From a virus (taxonomy: Duplodnaviria > Caudoviricetes), in the IMG/VR virus record IMGVR_UViG_3300032281_000616, positions 32,001 through 96,000 of that record: DNA of 64,000 bases. One strand, given 5' to 3'. Made by a program: the position numbers and the translations under genes. The stretch's first letter is position 1. The number at the start of each line of letters is the position of its first letter. Positions 29,623 through 40,168 of the stretch are shown piece by piece. The notes beneath the pieces are model-generated. The model ran no database searches, was not told the origin of the DNA, and saw nothing but the letters and a program-made list of their open reading frames with translations.

Positions 29623-29820
29623 TTAACAAAGTGGGTTGGTTGAAAGTCCTGTGAATCTTGTATTGATTAATTCATACCCTAAAGTTTCTTTTCTAAAGAC
29701 TAATTCAAGATGTGAACGAATCATATTCATTGTTTCGGGTGTTGCTCCTGAACTATGATCTATGGTATCGTTTAACTCAAACCATCCCTGTAACCAATAG
29801 CAAAAGTTATCAGATGTCAT
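29623..29820 (-). CDS. Small phage protein (start reassigned to 29820)
   Basis: MTSDNFCYWLQGWFEL start avoids overlap with the upstream ORF. Confidence 0.55.
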   Translation of the reverse strand: MTSDNFCYWLQGWFELNDTIDHSSGATPETMNMIRSHLELVFRKETLGYELINTRFTGLSTNPLC

Positions 29821-30154
29821 CAATACTAATAACTTTAGGTTGGGTTTGTTTTGGTTCTTCTGGTGGAGTATTGATCTTCTCATATTGAGAGAGAATGCGT
29901 TCATCCAGAACTACATTACTAGTCACAACATTTGACTTCGTGTAAGTCCAAGCATTCTTATCTCTATTACTCTTATCAATGAACTCGAAGAAAAATGTTG
30001 GGAATGTCTGAACCTCCAATTGTCCGTTTTGTTGAGGTTGAACGTGTAGAATAACTGGATTCTGAATAGTGATTACAGAATCAGTTTCTTCGACCAATTT
30101 TCCGATAATATTTCGACCCACATGGTCGATAATTGCTACGTGCTTATTTGTCAT
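29810..30154 (-). CDS. Hypothetical protein, possibly Sm-like fold
   Basis: IIGKLVEETDSVITIQNPV pattern; fold is an inference. Confidence 0.5.
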   Translation of the reverse strand: MTNKHVAIIDHVGRNIIGKLVEETDSVITIQNPVILHVQPQQNGQLEVQTFPTFFFEFIDKSNRDKNAWTYTKSNVVTSNVVLDERILSQYEKINTPPEEPKQTQPKVISIDDI

Positions 30155-30175
30155 ACACCTAAATTTATCATATTA

Positions 30176-30424
30176 TTACTGAGAGTCAAGTAATGCTCTT
30201 GAATTATCAAGTTCTTTTTTAGCGTATTTACCTACATTACTCTTTTTATTGTTAGCCAATCCATTGATGTAATCTAGTTGAATCCTGAGAGCGTTTTTTA
30301 ATTTCTCTAATTCTGGATTGTTGTAAGAGTCTAGTGGTTGATCGTATATCAACTGAGTTAGTATTTTGATAGTAATAGCCTCGCTATCGTCCAGTCCTTT
30401 ACAGTAAGCTTGATTTATTGTCAT
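30176..30424 (-). CDS. Hypothetical protein
   Basis: 82 aa ORF downstream of the polymerase. Confidence 0.55.
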   Translation of the reverse strand: MTINQAYCKGLDDSEAITIKILTQLIYDQPLDSYNNPELEKLKNALRIQLDYINGLANNKKSNVGKYAKKELDNSRALLDSQ

Positions 30425-30430
30425 AATTTT

Positions 30431-33004
30431 TTAACTGAGAAAATCCTCTAATTCTACTCTAACATTTTCGTTTGGTTTTCGTAATGTCCAATTTACTGCG
30501 TTGTAAAACGCTTTAACTGATGCGAATACAATTTTATCAAACTGTTTCTCATAGTCGACCTCAAAAAGGTCTTCAAATTCTTTTGGATATTTGTTATGGA
30601 AAGCGATTGTCTCCAAACCATATCTATTCGGTGTTTTTAAACTAACAAATCTAACTTTATCCCCACTTTTAAACTTCGGGTATTTGTTATTAAGTTTAAA
30701 TTCTTTGATTATGTAATCGTGTCTATATGCTGCCTTCAAAGCGACAGGCATTCCCTTAGCAGTTTTCAACGCATCACACTTTCTAGAATATTCTTCATAA
30801 TTATTCATTCCACTAATATTGCATATGTTATGATACGGCAAAGATTTAAACTTTTCATATGCGTCATTAAAATAAGAATTACACTTTTCTCTATTCTTTT
30901 CTAAGATTAGACATTCTATTACAGTCTTGATGTATGGTTTAACCACCTTTGGCATTTTTCCAGTAACCACAGCAACACCCTTGTATTTGAATTTGTTGAC
31001 TTTAAGACCTTCATCATCTAATACATGCAAAACGTATTGTTTCTTTTCTAAGAAAATTCCAGCATCACAAACAGATTCCCTTTTATACACAATCCTAGAA
31101 TCCAAGGATCTAAATTTTTTAGAAACCCATTCGGATATATGTGTGTTGATATAATCAGATATTTTATCACACTCTTCATAGAATTTATCTGATATTTTAT
31201 CTCCCTCTAAAAGATTCAATCCATACTTATCTTCTAAAATATGAAGAGAGAAATATCCTGAGTCTGTATCAGCCCCAATACAACAATTCTCTGCTTCCTC
31301 ATCAGAAATTCCATATGTATTCTGCATATATTCCACAAACAAATCTCTGTTTTTTCCATTGATTGCTTGTCCAGTCAATGTAATTGATGCCGCAATATCA
31401 TCATCACCTAAAGGAGCATAAGCATTTCCCATGTAACCATACATAGAATTTAGACAAATCTTATAAGCGTTTTGGAATGTGTCGCATTTTTGGATCTCAG
31501 ATTCTAGGTTTTTTATTTCTTCTGGAGATAACTTATCCTTATTATCGTTTAAATAACCTTCCTTCTCTTTACCAAGATTCTTCATGTTCTTCCTTTTTGT
31601 GTAAAGGTTCTCTAAGAATTCTGGCATCAATCCCTTCTCTTTTTGTGTGAATAAATGTTTAGATTTTGATATTGCAACCTTCTCCTCCTTTAAATATTTG
31701 GCAAAGGCGTCTTTGTTGAGTGTAAATGTTCTACCTGAAACATGATGTATATTATAGTCGTCTCCAATAGTCTCAAGACTACCTAATTTAGTCTCTGGAG
31801 AGATATTCAAAGATATCATAATACTTGGGTAAAGCGAATTAGCATCGAAAGATACAACATTTCGAACGTGACCAACCTTTGGGTCTTGAACAGCACCACC
31901 CGGATTCTTTCCATCTTTAAGAGTCCTATAAAATGTAGAAATATATTTGTTATGCTGTCTAGCTTTGATGGCTACAGCACCATTAATTACCGGAACGGTA
32001 TCAATCGCTTGCGATAGCCCACACAACCCCGCATGTGATAGAAATCGTATAAGGTTGATATACTGCAATTTCTCATCAAGTATAATTAATAGTTCTACAT
32101 CTCGTAGGTTATAATCAACATAAGTTTCCCAATCGTTGACAGATAGATCCCAAAGGGTTCCATCATAATCAATCTTATTAACTCCAACCTCATGTTCTCC
32201 AACAGTATCCAATTTATAATCTTCTGGTTTGTTGAATATCTTAAATTTTTGATACATTACAAGATAGTCGAGACATGATACACCTTCAATGACATATTCT
32301 TTTGAGGTTTTTCCGAATTTTCCAGCCTTGTTAACCTTCTCGTATATTCTACCTATAGGAGACAATTCATCTGCCCAATCTTTACCCAATTCAAACGTTA
32401 TTCGATTTATCAAATAAGGAACATCGTAACCATTACTGTTCCATCCACACAATACATCAGGATAATCACTTGAGAAGTGTCCGATGAATCTCTTTAAGAG
32501 ATCGTGCTCTGATTTACAGTGATAATAATCAACATTATCTTTCTTTGGTTTATATGCTTTCAACCCAAAAACGGTATATCTCTTAGTCTCTGTATCATAG
32601 CATGTCAGCAAATTTATAACTGTATCAGCTAATTCGACATTTGGCTGACGATCTGATGCTGGATTTTCGATGTCGATATAACAAACCTTGAGGGGATATT
32701 GTGAAAATTCCTCTTTTTCAGAATCTCTATAATATTCATCGATTAAAAATTGCTGATATGGTGTGATGTTTTCAAATATCCTTTTAACACCAGATTCTTT
32801 GGTAAATTTTCCCCTATCGTATTGAGTTTCGAACTCCCTCTTTTTGAGGGTCGTTCCATAGATGCTTCTGAAAGGACCACTCTTATCCTCAAGCATGATA
32901 TATGGCTTGTATGGTATTTCTTGTTTTACCCTATTTCCATAGGCATCCCAAGTAAAAAGGTGGATCATTCGATCTCTGTTTGAATATACGCAGTTTCTAT
33001 ACAT
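30431..33004 (-). CDS. gp43: Family B DNA polymerase, T4 gp43-like (uninterrupted)
   Basis: Exo DIE, WNSNGYD, YNLRD; polymerase SFDANSLYPS, K..LNSMYG, ADTDS. Confidence 0.97.
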   Translation of the reverse strand: MYRNCVYSNRDRMIHLFTWDAYGNRVKQEIPYKPYIMLEDKSGPFRSIYGTTLKKREFETQYDRGKFTKESGVKRIFENITPYQQFLIDEYYRDSEKEEFSQYPLKVCYIDIENPASDRQPNVELADTVINLLTCYDTETKRYTVFGLKAYKPKKDNVDYYHCKSEHDLLKRFIGHFSSDYPDVLCGWNSNGYDVPYLINRITFELGKDWADELSPIGRIYEKVNKAGKFGKTSKEYVIEGVSCLDYLVMYQKFKIFNKPEDYKLDTVGEHEVGVNKIDYDGTLWDLSVNDWETYVDYNLRDVELLIILDEKLQYINLIRFLSHAGLCGLSQAIDTVPVINGAVAIKARQHNKYISTFYRTLKDGKNPGGAVQDPKVGHVRNVVSFDANSLYPSIMISLNISPETKLGSLETIGDDYNIHHVSGRTFTLNKDAFAKYLKEEKVAISKSKHLFTQKEKGLMPEFLENLYTKRKNMKNLGKEKEGYLNDNKDKLSPEEIKNLESEIQKCDTFQNAYKICLNSMYGYMGNAYAPLGDDDIAASITLTGQAINGKNRDLFVEYMQNTYGISDEEAENCCIGADTDSGYFSLHILEDKYGLNLLEGDKISDKFYEECDKISDYINTHISEWVSKKFRSLDSRIVYKRESVCDAGIFLEKKQYVLHVLDDEGLKVNKFKYKGVAVVTGKMPKVVKPYIKTVIECLILEKNREKCNSYFNDAYEKFKSLPYHNICNISGMNNYEEYSRKCDALKTAKGMPVALKAAYRHDYIIKEFKLNNKYPKFKSGDKVRFVSLKTPNRYGLETIAFHNKYPKEFEDLFEVDYEKQFDKIVFASVKAFYNAVNWTLRKPNENVRVELEDFLS

Positions 33005-33007
33005 ATT

Positions 33008-33424
33008 TTATTGTAAAAAAGCTTCAACCCAATGATAAACAGTTCTTTCATAAGAATCGTATTCACTATCCTCTAAAAATTTGAAAGCTAATTCGTGTGT
33101 TCCAGCGGAAATTAGATCATTCGCCTTTTCTAATTCATAATATCTAGAATATGAACAATAATAATCATTATCCTTTTGTCTAAGTAGGACAAATTGTTTC
33201 TTAGTTTTAAGATCTACATCACATATCTCTTTACTTTGATGTTTATAAACCTTCAACCCTCGATTTTCGGGTTCGGTTACTATGTCCAATAAGCAATCTA
33301 ACTCTGATTCGTATATCAGTTGGACATCTATCGGTGATTTCGTCCTAGTGATTGTGATGCATTGTCCCGAGTAAAATTCGTGTCCAAATTTTTCAATTTT
33401 CCAAATTTTAGAGCTTTTTCTCAT
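33008..33424 (-). CDS. Hypothetical early protein
   Basis: 138 aa ORF preceded by TTGACT-N16-TAGAAT. Confidence 0.55.
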   Translation of the reverse strand: MRKSSKIWKIEKFGHEFYSGQCITITRTKSPIDVQLIYESELDCLLDIVTEPENRGLKVYKHQSKEICDVDLKTKKQFVLLRQKDNDYYCSYSRYYELEKANDLISAGTHELAFKFLEDSEYDSYERTVYHWVEAFLQ

Positions 33425-33431
33425 GAAAGAG

Positions 33432-33459
33432 ATTCTAGCATCCGAAAAACCAAAGTCAA
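33432..33459 (-). promoter_or_regulatory. Sigma70-like early promoter
   Basis: TTGACT-N16-TAGAAT, 7 nt before ATG 33424. Confidence 0.55.
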
Positions 33460-34649
33460 TTCCACATTTTCAGAAATTTTCGATCCCTTGACCCGTATTC
33501 AGTATTCAAAACATCCATGAAACTACCAACATTCGGTTCAAGCTCTAGGAATCTAGTTGATCCAACTTTTCTCAAATCATCAACCAGACGATAATATCCT
33601 GCTTTATTCTTGAGAAGTTTTTGAATTTTATCCTCTAAATCTTCAGCAGTTGTGAATCTCAAGAAATCTGGAGCACTCGAATAAGTCACCAAATCCTGAC
33701 ACAGACAAGGAATTCCTAATTGAGCAGCTTCGATAAATTTGATATCAGATTTAGCCTTATTGAAATTATTATCTTGTAGGGGAGCGATGAACAATTGAGC
33801 ATTTAGAGAAGCTAAGAATGTGGGATATTCTAAAAGACTTTTCCATGGATGGAACTCAATCTCACGCGCCACAACGTAAGGCTGTAAAGGAGGTGGATAG
33901 GCACCAATAAAGACAAACTGATACTTATGTCGATTATCGATAATGAATTTTAGAACATGTGAAAAGTCATCCTGTTGACCCACTTTGTTTTTCATATCAA
34001 AATGAGCACCAGATCCAGCATATACTATTCTTGGTTTTCTTTTATATTTTTCGAAATTGTCGCAAATTTTTCGATAATCATACTGATGACCAATCCACCA
34101 ATAAGGCATGAAATTTGGAATCGCAGTGATCTCCTTTTTACCAGTCTTTTCTATATATAGATCACGCATGAACTTACACGTAACTGTAACCTCGTCCACC
34201 ATATTGATCATATCGATGCAATTTTGGCGAATATTGTCATCATCAAATCCAAATTTCGAAGCATTATAATCAGGAATTTCTTCTCTGAAAACTACATCAT
34301 CAACTTCATAAATTAACTTGAATCCCATTTCTGGTTGAATGGATTTCAAGAATTTCATGAATTCTTTATGATGATCGGTAGCTTGCCTCTGTAGGGTAAT
34401 TGTTTTAATATCTCTATAAAACGATTTATCTAAAATCATTTTCGTCATATCCGTCACATCACCAATCCCAGCTAATCTGATGTGATTGGATAAAAAGCCT
34501 CTTCGATAAGCCATGCATCCATCATTACCAGCATTAAAATTTAAATACCTATTCTCTTTTGGCTGTTCTTCTTGAACAACTGTTTTATTAGTATTCTGAA
34601 AAGGTGATGCTGGGAATGGGCTTACAAATGGACTAGAATTTAGAAACAT
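33456..34649 (-). CDS. Glycosyltransferase (GT-B/GT4-like)
   Basis: YEVDDV, IVYAGS, IAPLQDNNFNKAKSDIKFIE..LG; TAAATA (minus 34655-34660). Confidence 0.8.
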   Translation of the reverse strand: MFLNSSPFVSPFPASPFQNTNKTVVQEEQPKENRYLNFNAGNDGCMAYRRGFLSNHIRLAGIGDVTDMTKMILDKSFYRDIKTITLQRQATDHHKEFMKFLKSIQPEMGFKLIYEVDDVVFREEIPDYNASKFGFDDDNIRQNCIDMINMVDEVTVTCKFMRDLYIEKTGKKEITAIPNFMPYWWIGHQYDYRKICDNFEKYKRKPRIVYAGSGAHFDMKNKVGQQDDFSHVLKFIIDNRHKYQFVFIGAYPPPLQPYVVAREIEFHPWKSLLEYPTFLASLNAQLFIAPLQDNNFNKAKSDIKFIEAAQLGIPCLCQDLVTYSSAPDFLRFTTAEDLEDKIQKLLKNKAGYYRLVDDLRKVGSTRFLELEPNVGSFMDVLNTEYGSRDRKFLKMWN

Positions 34650-34678
34650 ACCTATATTTAAATATCGATTTTATATTG

Positions 34679-36478
34679 TCAATTTATTCTCCTAGTGACA
34701 TTACCAGATTTTTCAAGCATGATGATTTCACCATCAATTTTATCCTTAACTTCCTTACGGTGAGATATCAAATAAACACATGTATCATTTTTATCGATTC
34801 TGTCCTTGATAATATTGATAATTTTCTCAAGACCAACTGTATCTACCGCAGAATCCAAACATTCGTCCATCCACTCAACATTTGATGTGACTTGATTGAT
34901 CTTCTTTCTCATATCAGAGAAAGCAAAACAACACGCAAAATCCAGAGACTTCTTTTCTGCTCCAGAAGCGTTTTTATAAGAAAATTGTTTACCTCCAGAA
35001 GTAACAATCTCTTCAAAATACTCATCAAACTTAACTCTAACACTTAGTCCAAGATCGATTAAATATTTTTCGATTGTGTTGTTTAAAAGATCTAGTAGTT
35101 TTTTAACTACAAAACTTTTTACACCTTCTTCTCCTAAGATAAACTTACAGATATCATAATCTGATAATTTTTGCTGTAATTCAGTAAGATTTTTACTTTC
35201 CTCATCGAGTCTTTCACTCGTAGAGTCAATATTCGCATCAAAGGACGCAATTGACAAATTAGATATATTCATATCATCATCCAAATCTTTTTTAGACTCT
35301 AATAATTGTTCCAAATTTTTCTCCAAATTTTGCTTTTTGAGAATATCTGTCTTAGCTTCTTCTAGGGATCTTTGGATTTGTGTCTGTTTGCTAACCAATT
35401 TATTTTTGGTTTCTCTATTTTTTACTAACTCTTTATGTAATTCTACAAGAGCATCTTCATAATTTTTCAACAAAATATTCGCAGATTCCTTTTCCACTTC
35501 GATCAGCTCAGTATGGGTATGATCAATATCCTGAAGACATTTTTCGCATCTGACACCTGATTTAATATCCGACATTTTCTTCAATTTATCTTTAATACCA
35601 GCAATAAAATGCTCATTGGTTGTTATAGTCATATGACATTCACCTATTTTAGAATCTATGTCGTAGATTGCTGATTCCAACTTTTTCAAATTGGACTGGA
35701 ACTTAGTTAGTTCCACTAATTGATATTTTTGAATTTCATCTGTGGCGCATTGTATTCTAACATCTAGATCATCTCTCCTCTTCCGTAGAATTTCGTCTCG
35801 TTCTTCGATTTGTTTTTTGATAATCTCTTTCTGATCAATTAAAGATTTTAGACTTCTTTCAATTTCAGAAACTTTAGCAGATGAAACATCTTTATCTTTT
35901 TTGGTTTCTGTGATCATTTTCTTTAGATCTTTCAACATAACCCCAAAAACATCAATAGAAAAAATGGTTTCTGTGAATGCACGTTTATCTTTAGCTTCCA
36001 TCTGCATAAATGGAACAGTATCTCGAACTGTTATAACATCACAGCAACGATAAATATCTGGATTTGTGGATAATAGATCACAAATATATTTGTCAGTTTC
36101 TTTAATAGTGGATTTTGTTATATCCTCATCACCTTCCCAAAGTTCCACCTTAGATGCTTTTTTAACGTGTCTTTTAATGGTGTATGATTTAGTTCCTTGA
36201 GATGTTTCAACGTCAAATTCAAGTTCGACCAAACCATTCGATTTTGTGACATTATTGATCACAAATTCTGATTTGATTTTGTTGATCGTTTCTCCAAACA
36301 AAGCAAAGAAATGAGCATTAGTCACGACAGTTTTACCGACACCGTTTTTACGGTCTGGGATATCAGAATTTATACCATCTATTTGGTGTAATCCCTTTTG
36401 AAAATCAATCTCGATTAATTCATTTCCAACACTTAGGAAATTTTTGATTTTTAAATTTTTATATTTTACATTTTTCAT
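34679..36478 (-). CDS. gp46: SMC/SbcC-like ATPase, T4 gp46-like
   Basis: KNFLSVG, NGVGKT, coiled coil with CEKC hook, SGAEK signature, WMDE, ISH. Confidence 0.95.
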   Translation of the reverse strand: MKNVKYKNLKIKNFLSVGNELIEIDFQKGLHQIDGINSDIPDRKNGVGKTVVTNAHFFALFGETINKIKSEFVINNVTKSNGLVELEFDVETSQGTKSYTIKRHVKKASKVELWEGDEDITKSTIKETDKYICDLLSTNPDIYRCCDVITVRDTVPFMQMEAKDKRAFTETIFSIDVFGVMLKDLKKMITETKKDKDVSSAKVSEIERSLKSLIDQKEIIKKQIEERDEILRKRRDDLDVRIQCATDEIQKYQLVELTKFQSNLKKLESAIYDIDSKIGECHMTITTNEHFIAGIKDKLKKMSDIKSGVRCEKCLQDIDHTHTELIEVEKESANILLKNYEDALVELHKELVKNRETKNKLVSKQTQIQRSLEEAKTDILKKQNLEKNLEQLLESKKDLDDDMNISNLSIASFDANIDSTSERLDEESKNLTELQQKLSDYDICKFILGEEGVKSFVVKKLLDLLNNTIEKYLIDLGLSVRVKFDEYFEEIVTSGGKQFSYKNASGAEKKSLDFACCFAFSDMRKKINQVTSNVEWMDECLDSAVDTVGLEKIINIIKDRIDKNDTCVYLISHRKEVKDKIDGEIIMLEKSGNVTRRIN

Positions 36479-36708
36479 CCTTGTATAGCGGCGATGCTTC
36501 CATCTTTTCTATAGATATATCTACAATTATCTAGATTATAACCATTCAAAATTTCTTCCTTAGTTTTCACTACATCCCTCGTATAAGGTTCTGTTGCTAT
36601 ATCCACCAAAAATCTCCCATCACTCAACACATCAACAATACGAATACCTCCCCAAGTTGTTTCAGATTTTTTTACTCTCCAATTTTGACCTTTCCTTATT
36701 TCTTTCAT
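36475..36708 (-). CDS. Hypothetical protein
   Basis: 77 aa ORF between gp47 and gp46. Confidence 0.5.
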   Translation of the reverse strand: MKEIRKGQNWRVKKSETTWGGIRIVDVLSDGRFLVDIATEPYTRDVVKTKEEILNGYNLDNCRYIYRKDGSIAAIQG

Positions 36709-36897
36709 TCATTCATTCATTTCTCGGTAAATTTCTTCATAAGATTTGCAATATCTTTTGTGCCATATAGCACCAAACGTATCATTCCCTATAAAATCTC
36801 CTTTATGGTAATTACATTTAAATGCTGTTAGGATACCATTTGGTAAAATAACTCTAAAACATTTACCAATATAATTTTCTTCACTTATTTCTTTCAT
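36709..36897 (-). CDS. Hypothetical protein
   Basis: 62 aa ORF between gp47 and gp46. Confidence 0.45.
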   Translation of the reverse strand: MKEISEENYIGKCFRVILPNGILTAFKCNYHKGDFIGNDTFGAIWHKRYCKSYEEIYREMNE

Positions 36898-37900
36898 ACA
36901 GTTCCTTAATTATGTCATCCACTCGTCCCTCTTGCTCTTCCTCCAGTTTTAATTGGACAACAAACTCATCCATCATATCTGGGATATTGATCGCATCGAT
37001 TTCTTCAACGCTATCGATTGTCGATTTTACAACATTGTGTTCAATAATCAAGCGATACGGTCTGAATTTGTTCAGATATACACGGAACTTATCTAGTTTT
37101 TTATCGTCCACTTCCATATCAACAACCATCTTGACTATATTGTTTTTAATATAATCTTCAGTTATCGATTTAATTTTAGATAAATTGAATTTTTTAAATT
37201 TTGGAGATATTGTATTTTCAAAAAACTCAAATCCTCCGGTTTCAACATCGAGAATATGATAACCCTTAGTGTTATCAACATCAGCAAAGTCCATTGGGAA
37301 AGTATTCCCGACATATAAGATTCTACCTTCGTTATATGATCCCATACTTCTACGATGAAAATGTCCTGAAAATACACTATCTGTTTTCGATCCAAGAAAA
37401 TCAATTGGAGATAATCCATGATCGCATACCTTGAAATTGTTCATTTTGAAACTTACAATTTCAAAATGTCCGAAAATATAATCAAATTTTCCATCTGGGA
37501 GTTCATTATTCCATGGCACAAAAGCAAATTTCTTACCGTAGTCTTCAAACTCAAAATTCTTATCAACGATTGTTATGTTTGGATGACCAGATGCCAATCC
37601 CATACTATGAATATCAGATCTATTCTTATAGAATGCATCATGATTACCAATGATCATAAGCATATTAAAATCCTTAAATTTATTAAGAATCTCTGATGCT
37701 AAGTGGAGAGTTTGAACAGATATTTCTGATCTATTATCGAAAAAGTCTCCAAGGAAGAAAATATCTTTAATTTTCTTTTCTGTCAACTCTTTCACAATCC
37801 AATCCGCCCACCACAGAGCAATTTTATGCCAATCTTCGGAATTATTATGAATTCCGAGATGTAGATCTGAGAATATAGCCACTTTAGATTTTTTTAACAT
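36881..37900 (-). CDS. gp47: Mre11/SbcD-like nuclease, T4 gp47-like
   Basis: SDLH, GDFFD, GNHD, FGH, SGHFH metallophosphoesterase motifs. Confidence 0.95.
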   Translation of the reverse strand: MLKKSKVAIFSDLHLGIHNNSEDWHKIALWWADWIVKELTEKKIKDIFFLGDFFDNRSEISVQTLHLASEILNKFKDFNMLMIIGNHDAFYKNRSDIHSMGLASGHPNITIVDKNFEFEDYGKKFAFVPWNNELPDGKFDYIFGHFEIVSFKMNNFKVCDHGLSPIDFLGSKTDSVFSGHFHRRSMGSYNEGRILYVGNTFPMDFADVDNTKGYHILDVETGGFEFFENTISPKFKKFNLSKIKSITEDYIKNNIVKMVVDMEVDDKKLDKFRVYLNKFRPYRLIIEHNVVKSTIDSVEEIDAINIPDMMDEFVVQLKLEEEQEGRVDDIIKELYERNK

Positions 37901-38310
37901 TATCTTTTATAAATTTCCTTAAACTGTCTTATATTTGTATTATTCTCGAACAATTTTACAGTAACCTCTATAGCAATGTATTCCAAAACTTTATTCATTA
38001 TCAATTTTGGTATTTCTTCTGATTTGGTGTATTGGCACGGTAGAATAATGTCTTTATCGAAAAGACGACCATTCAACATAAATCTAACTCTAGCCTTTTC
38101 TGAGAAAGTATATGGATCATAATATATCCACCAAGTAATATCCTTCAACTCGTTATTGTCTAATTGAACACATGATAAAACATTATCAAAAGCCTTCTGT
38201 TGCATCTCATTCAAAAGTCGAACAGATTCATCGGTTGGTGCTCTTTTCTCAGTTACATCTATCTTAGATGGTCCTCTATATGAGTTATCTATTTTATAAG
38301 TATTAAACAT
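37900..38310 (-). CDS. Hypothetical protein
   Basis: 136 aa ORF with overlapping start/stop. Confidence 0.55.
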   Translation of the reverse strand: MFNTYKIDNSYRGPSKIDVTEKRAPTDESVRLLNEMQQKAFDNVLSCVQLDNNELKDITWWIYYDPYTFSEKARVRFMLNGRLFDKDIILPCQYTKSEEIPKLIMNKVLEYIAIEVTVKLFENNTNIRQFKEIYKR

Positions 38311-38312
38311 AA

Positions 38313-38774
38313 TTATTCGTAATCTCCATCGTTCTCATCTGATTCTAGATGTGGTTTAACATAAATATGGCCTTGAAAAGATGGATCATGCATCGCATCT
38401 TCATATACTCTTTGTTTGTATTCTTCCAAACCATCGTGTTGCCTTTTTTCCTTTTTAATTCTATTACAAAAAGCGTGCCAAGCTATTTGGTTGAAGTATC
38501 CGAATGGAGAAAACTCTGAATCAATTCGGAATTTTTTAGATTGTAAAGCAGCATACATTTTCACCAATGCATCACCAACCATCTCATCCTTCCATGTGTA
38601 ATTGATGAAGTTATATTTGTAACTAAGCCCTTCAGCTATTTTAACGAGGTTAATTGCAAGCTCATCTGTCATAATATCACTCTCGTAATATTTTTGAATC
38701 TGATCCTTGAAAACTTTCGGTGAGACATAATAATTTTCTTTATTTTCGTCCTTCATAGTTCTGTCTCCTTCCAT
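38313..38774 (-). CDS. gp55: Late transcription sigma factor, T4 gp55-like
   Basis: YYVS, IAEGLS...NFINYTWKDEMVGD, SPFGYFNQIAWHAF..RIKKEK. Confidence 0.9.
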   Translation of the reverse strand: MEGDRTMKDENKENYYVSPKVFKDQIQKYYESDIMTDELAINLVKIAEGLSYKYNFINYTWKDEMVGDALVKMYAALQSKKFRIDSEFSPFGYFNQIAWHAFCNRIKKEKRQHDGLEEYKQRVYEDAMHDPSFQGHIYVKPHLESDENDGDYE

Positions 38775-40168
38775 TCAATACTTTCTCCATCATAAAAAAT
38801 CTTTCTTTCCTCGACATGTTCCATCGAATACTTAAGATTATCACAGATATCAAATAAAGTCAACTTATTTTTTGATGGGTGTAACCTAAGTCCTCGACCA
38901 ATTGACTGAACGATTCTGATGAAACTTCTACCACCAGATAAAAATATAATATATGGAAGATTTTTGATATTAATACCTGTGGAGAAGCAAGTCGAGTTAG
39001 CTACTGTAACAATATTACTATTCTCCTCCATCTCATTTATTATCTTCATTCTTTCTTCGACAGGAACTTCCCCATTGATAAAAAAACATTTCTTATCAGA
39101 TATTGAAGACATCATATCAAGAGTATCCAATCCATGTTCGGTATGATTCACGATAATCAAAACATTACCATTCAATTTTCTGACAAGATTTCTAACTAAA
39201 GTGTGTCTCCTAGGAGATGTGTAAATGTATCTCAACTCTTGACGATAATTCATATTACGAGAATCGAGATGATTTATCTTAACTATTCGTATCTCCACAT
39301 TTGAAAGAAAACCTTCTTCTCTCAATTCTTTACTATTTTTTTCGTAAATTATAGGTCCGAATGTTCCAATAACCTTCCAGTAGTCGATTTTATCCTTTGG
39401 TAGAGTTCCAGTAAAACCGAATTTATGTGGAGTGTTTATTTTTTGTATTAATTTGGATACCGTTGAAGAAGCATTTATCTTGTGACATTCATCAACTAAT
39501 AATAGATCTACCTTTTTTATCCACTTCAAATTTTCAGAAAACTTTTTACAGAAATTCTCTGTATTACAAATAACAACATCCGTATTTTGAAGCTTCATTC
39601 CCTTTACTCCACCAGTCCAACCAGAATATGTAAAATTTACACCATACTCTTCAAAGTTTTCCAATAACTGTGATACTAAGTTTAATCCGGGAACAATTAA
39701 AAGGCATTTAAAGCTCTTTCCTGAGCATCTCCACACGTTTTCGATAAGAGACGCCTGACATAGAGACTTACCTGCTCCTGTAGCCCACAAAACGGTTCCA
39801 TAGCCTTGTTTCAAGGCAGAGTCTAAAGTCTCTAATCCATAATATCTATGCTTGTAATTTAGACCATCATATATTTCTGGAATTTCGAAATCGCATTCCA
39901 ATCTAGAACGAAATTCATTAGTTAACTCATACTCGATATCATTTTGTTTCAGAAAAGATAGAAGCTCATCATACAATCCAAAATCAAACATACCAGATTC
40001 CTGAATCGCGTATGTTGTGTCTGGTATTTTATAATTGTTAGCCTTTTTTCTAACAAAGTCTATATCTTCAACCTTCTGTGAGAAATGTTCACGAATCATA
40101 TTAAAGGTATTAAGATCGCATTTGATCTTACCCTTTCTATATGATTTGTTGTAATCTACAGTAATCAT
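38753..40168 (-). CDS. uvsW: SF2 DNA helicase UvsW
   Basis: ATGAGKS, VDECH, GFTGT, STGINI, QSIGRGLR. Confidence 0.93.
   Translation of the reverse strand: MITVDYNKSYRKGKIKCDLNTFNMIREHFSQKVEDIDFVRKKANNYKIPDTTYAIQESGMFDFGLYDELLSFLKQNDIEYELTNEFRSRLECDFEIPEIYDGLNYKHRYYGLETLDSALKQGYGTVLWATGAGKSLCQASLIENVWRCSGKSFKCLLIVPGLNLVSQLLENFEEYGVNFTYSGWTGGVKGMKLQNTDVVICNTENFCKKFSENLKWIKKVDLLLVDECHKINASSTVSKLIQKINTPHKFGFTGTLPKDKIDYWKVIGTFGPIIYEKNSKELREEGFLSNVEIRIVKINHLDSRNMNYRQELRYIYTSPRRHTLVRNLVRKLNGNVLIIVNHTEHGLDTLDMMSSISDKKCFFINGEVPVEERMKIINEMEENSNIVTVANSTCFSTGINIKNLPYIIFLSGGRSFIRIVQSIGRGLRLHPSKNKLTLFDICDNLKYSMEHVEERKIFYDGESIEWKETEL

Noticed and set aside
30431-33004. Intron or intein in the DNA polymerase
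   Set aside because: The 857 aa ORF is continuous, with all PolB motifs at normal spacing.
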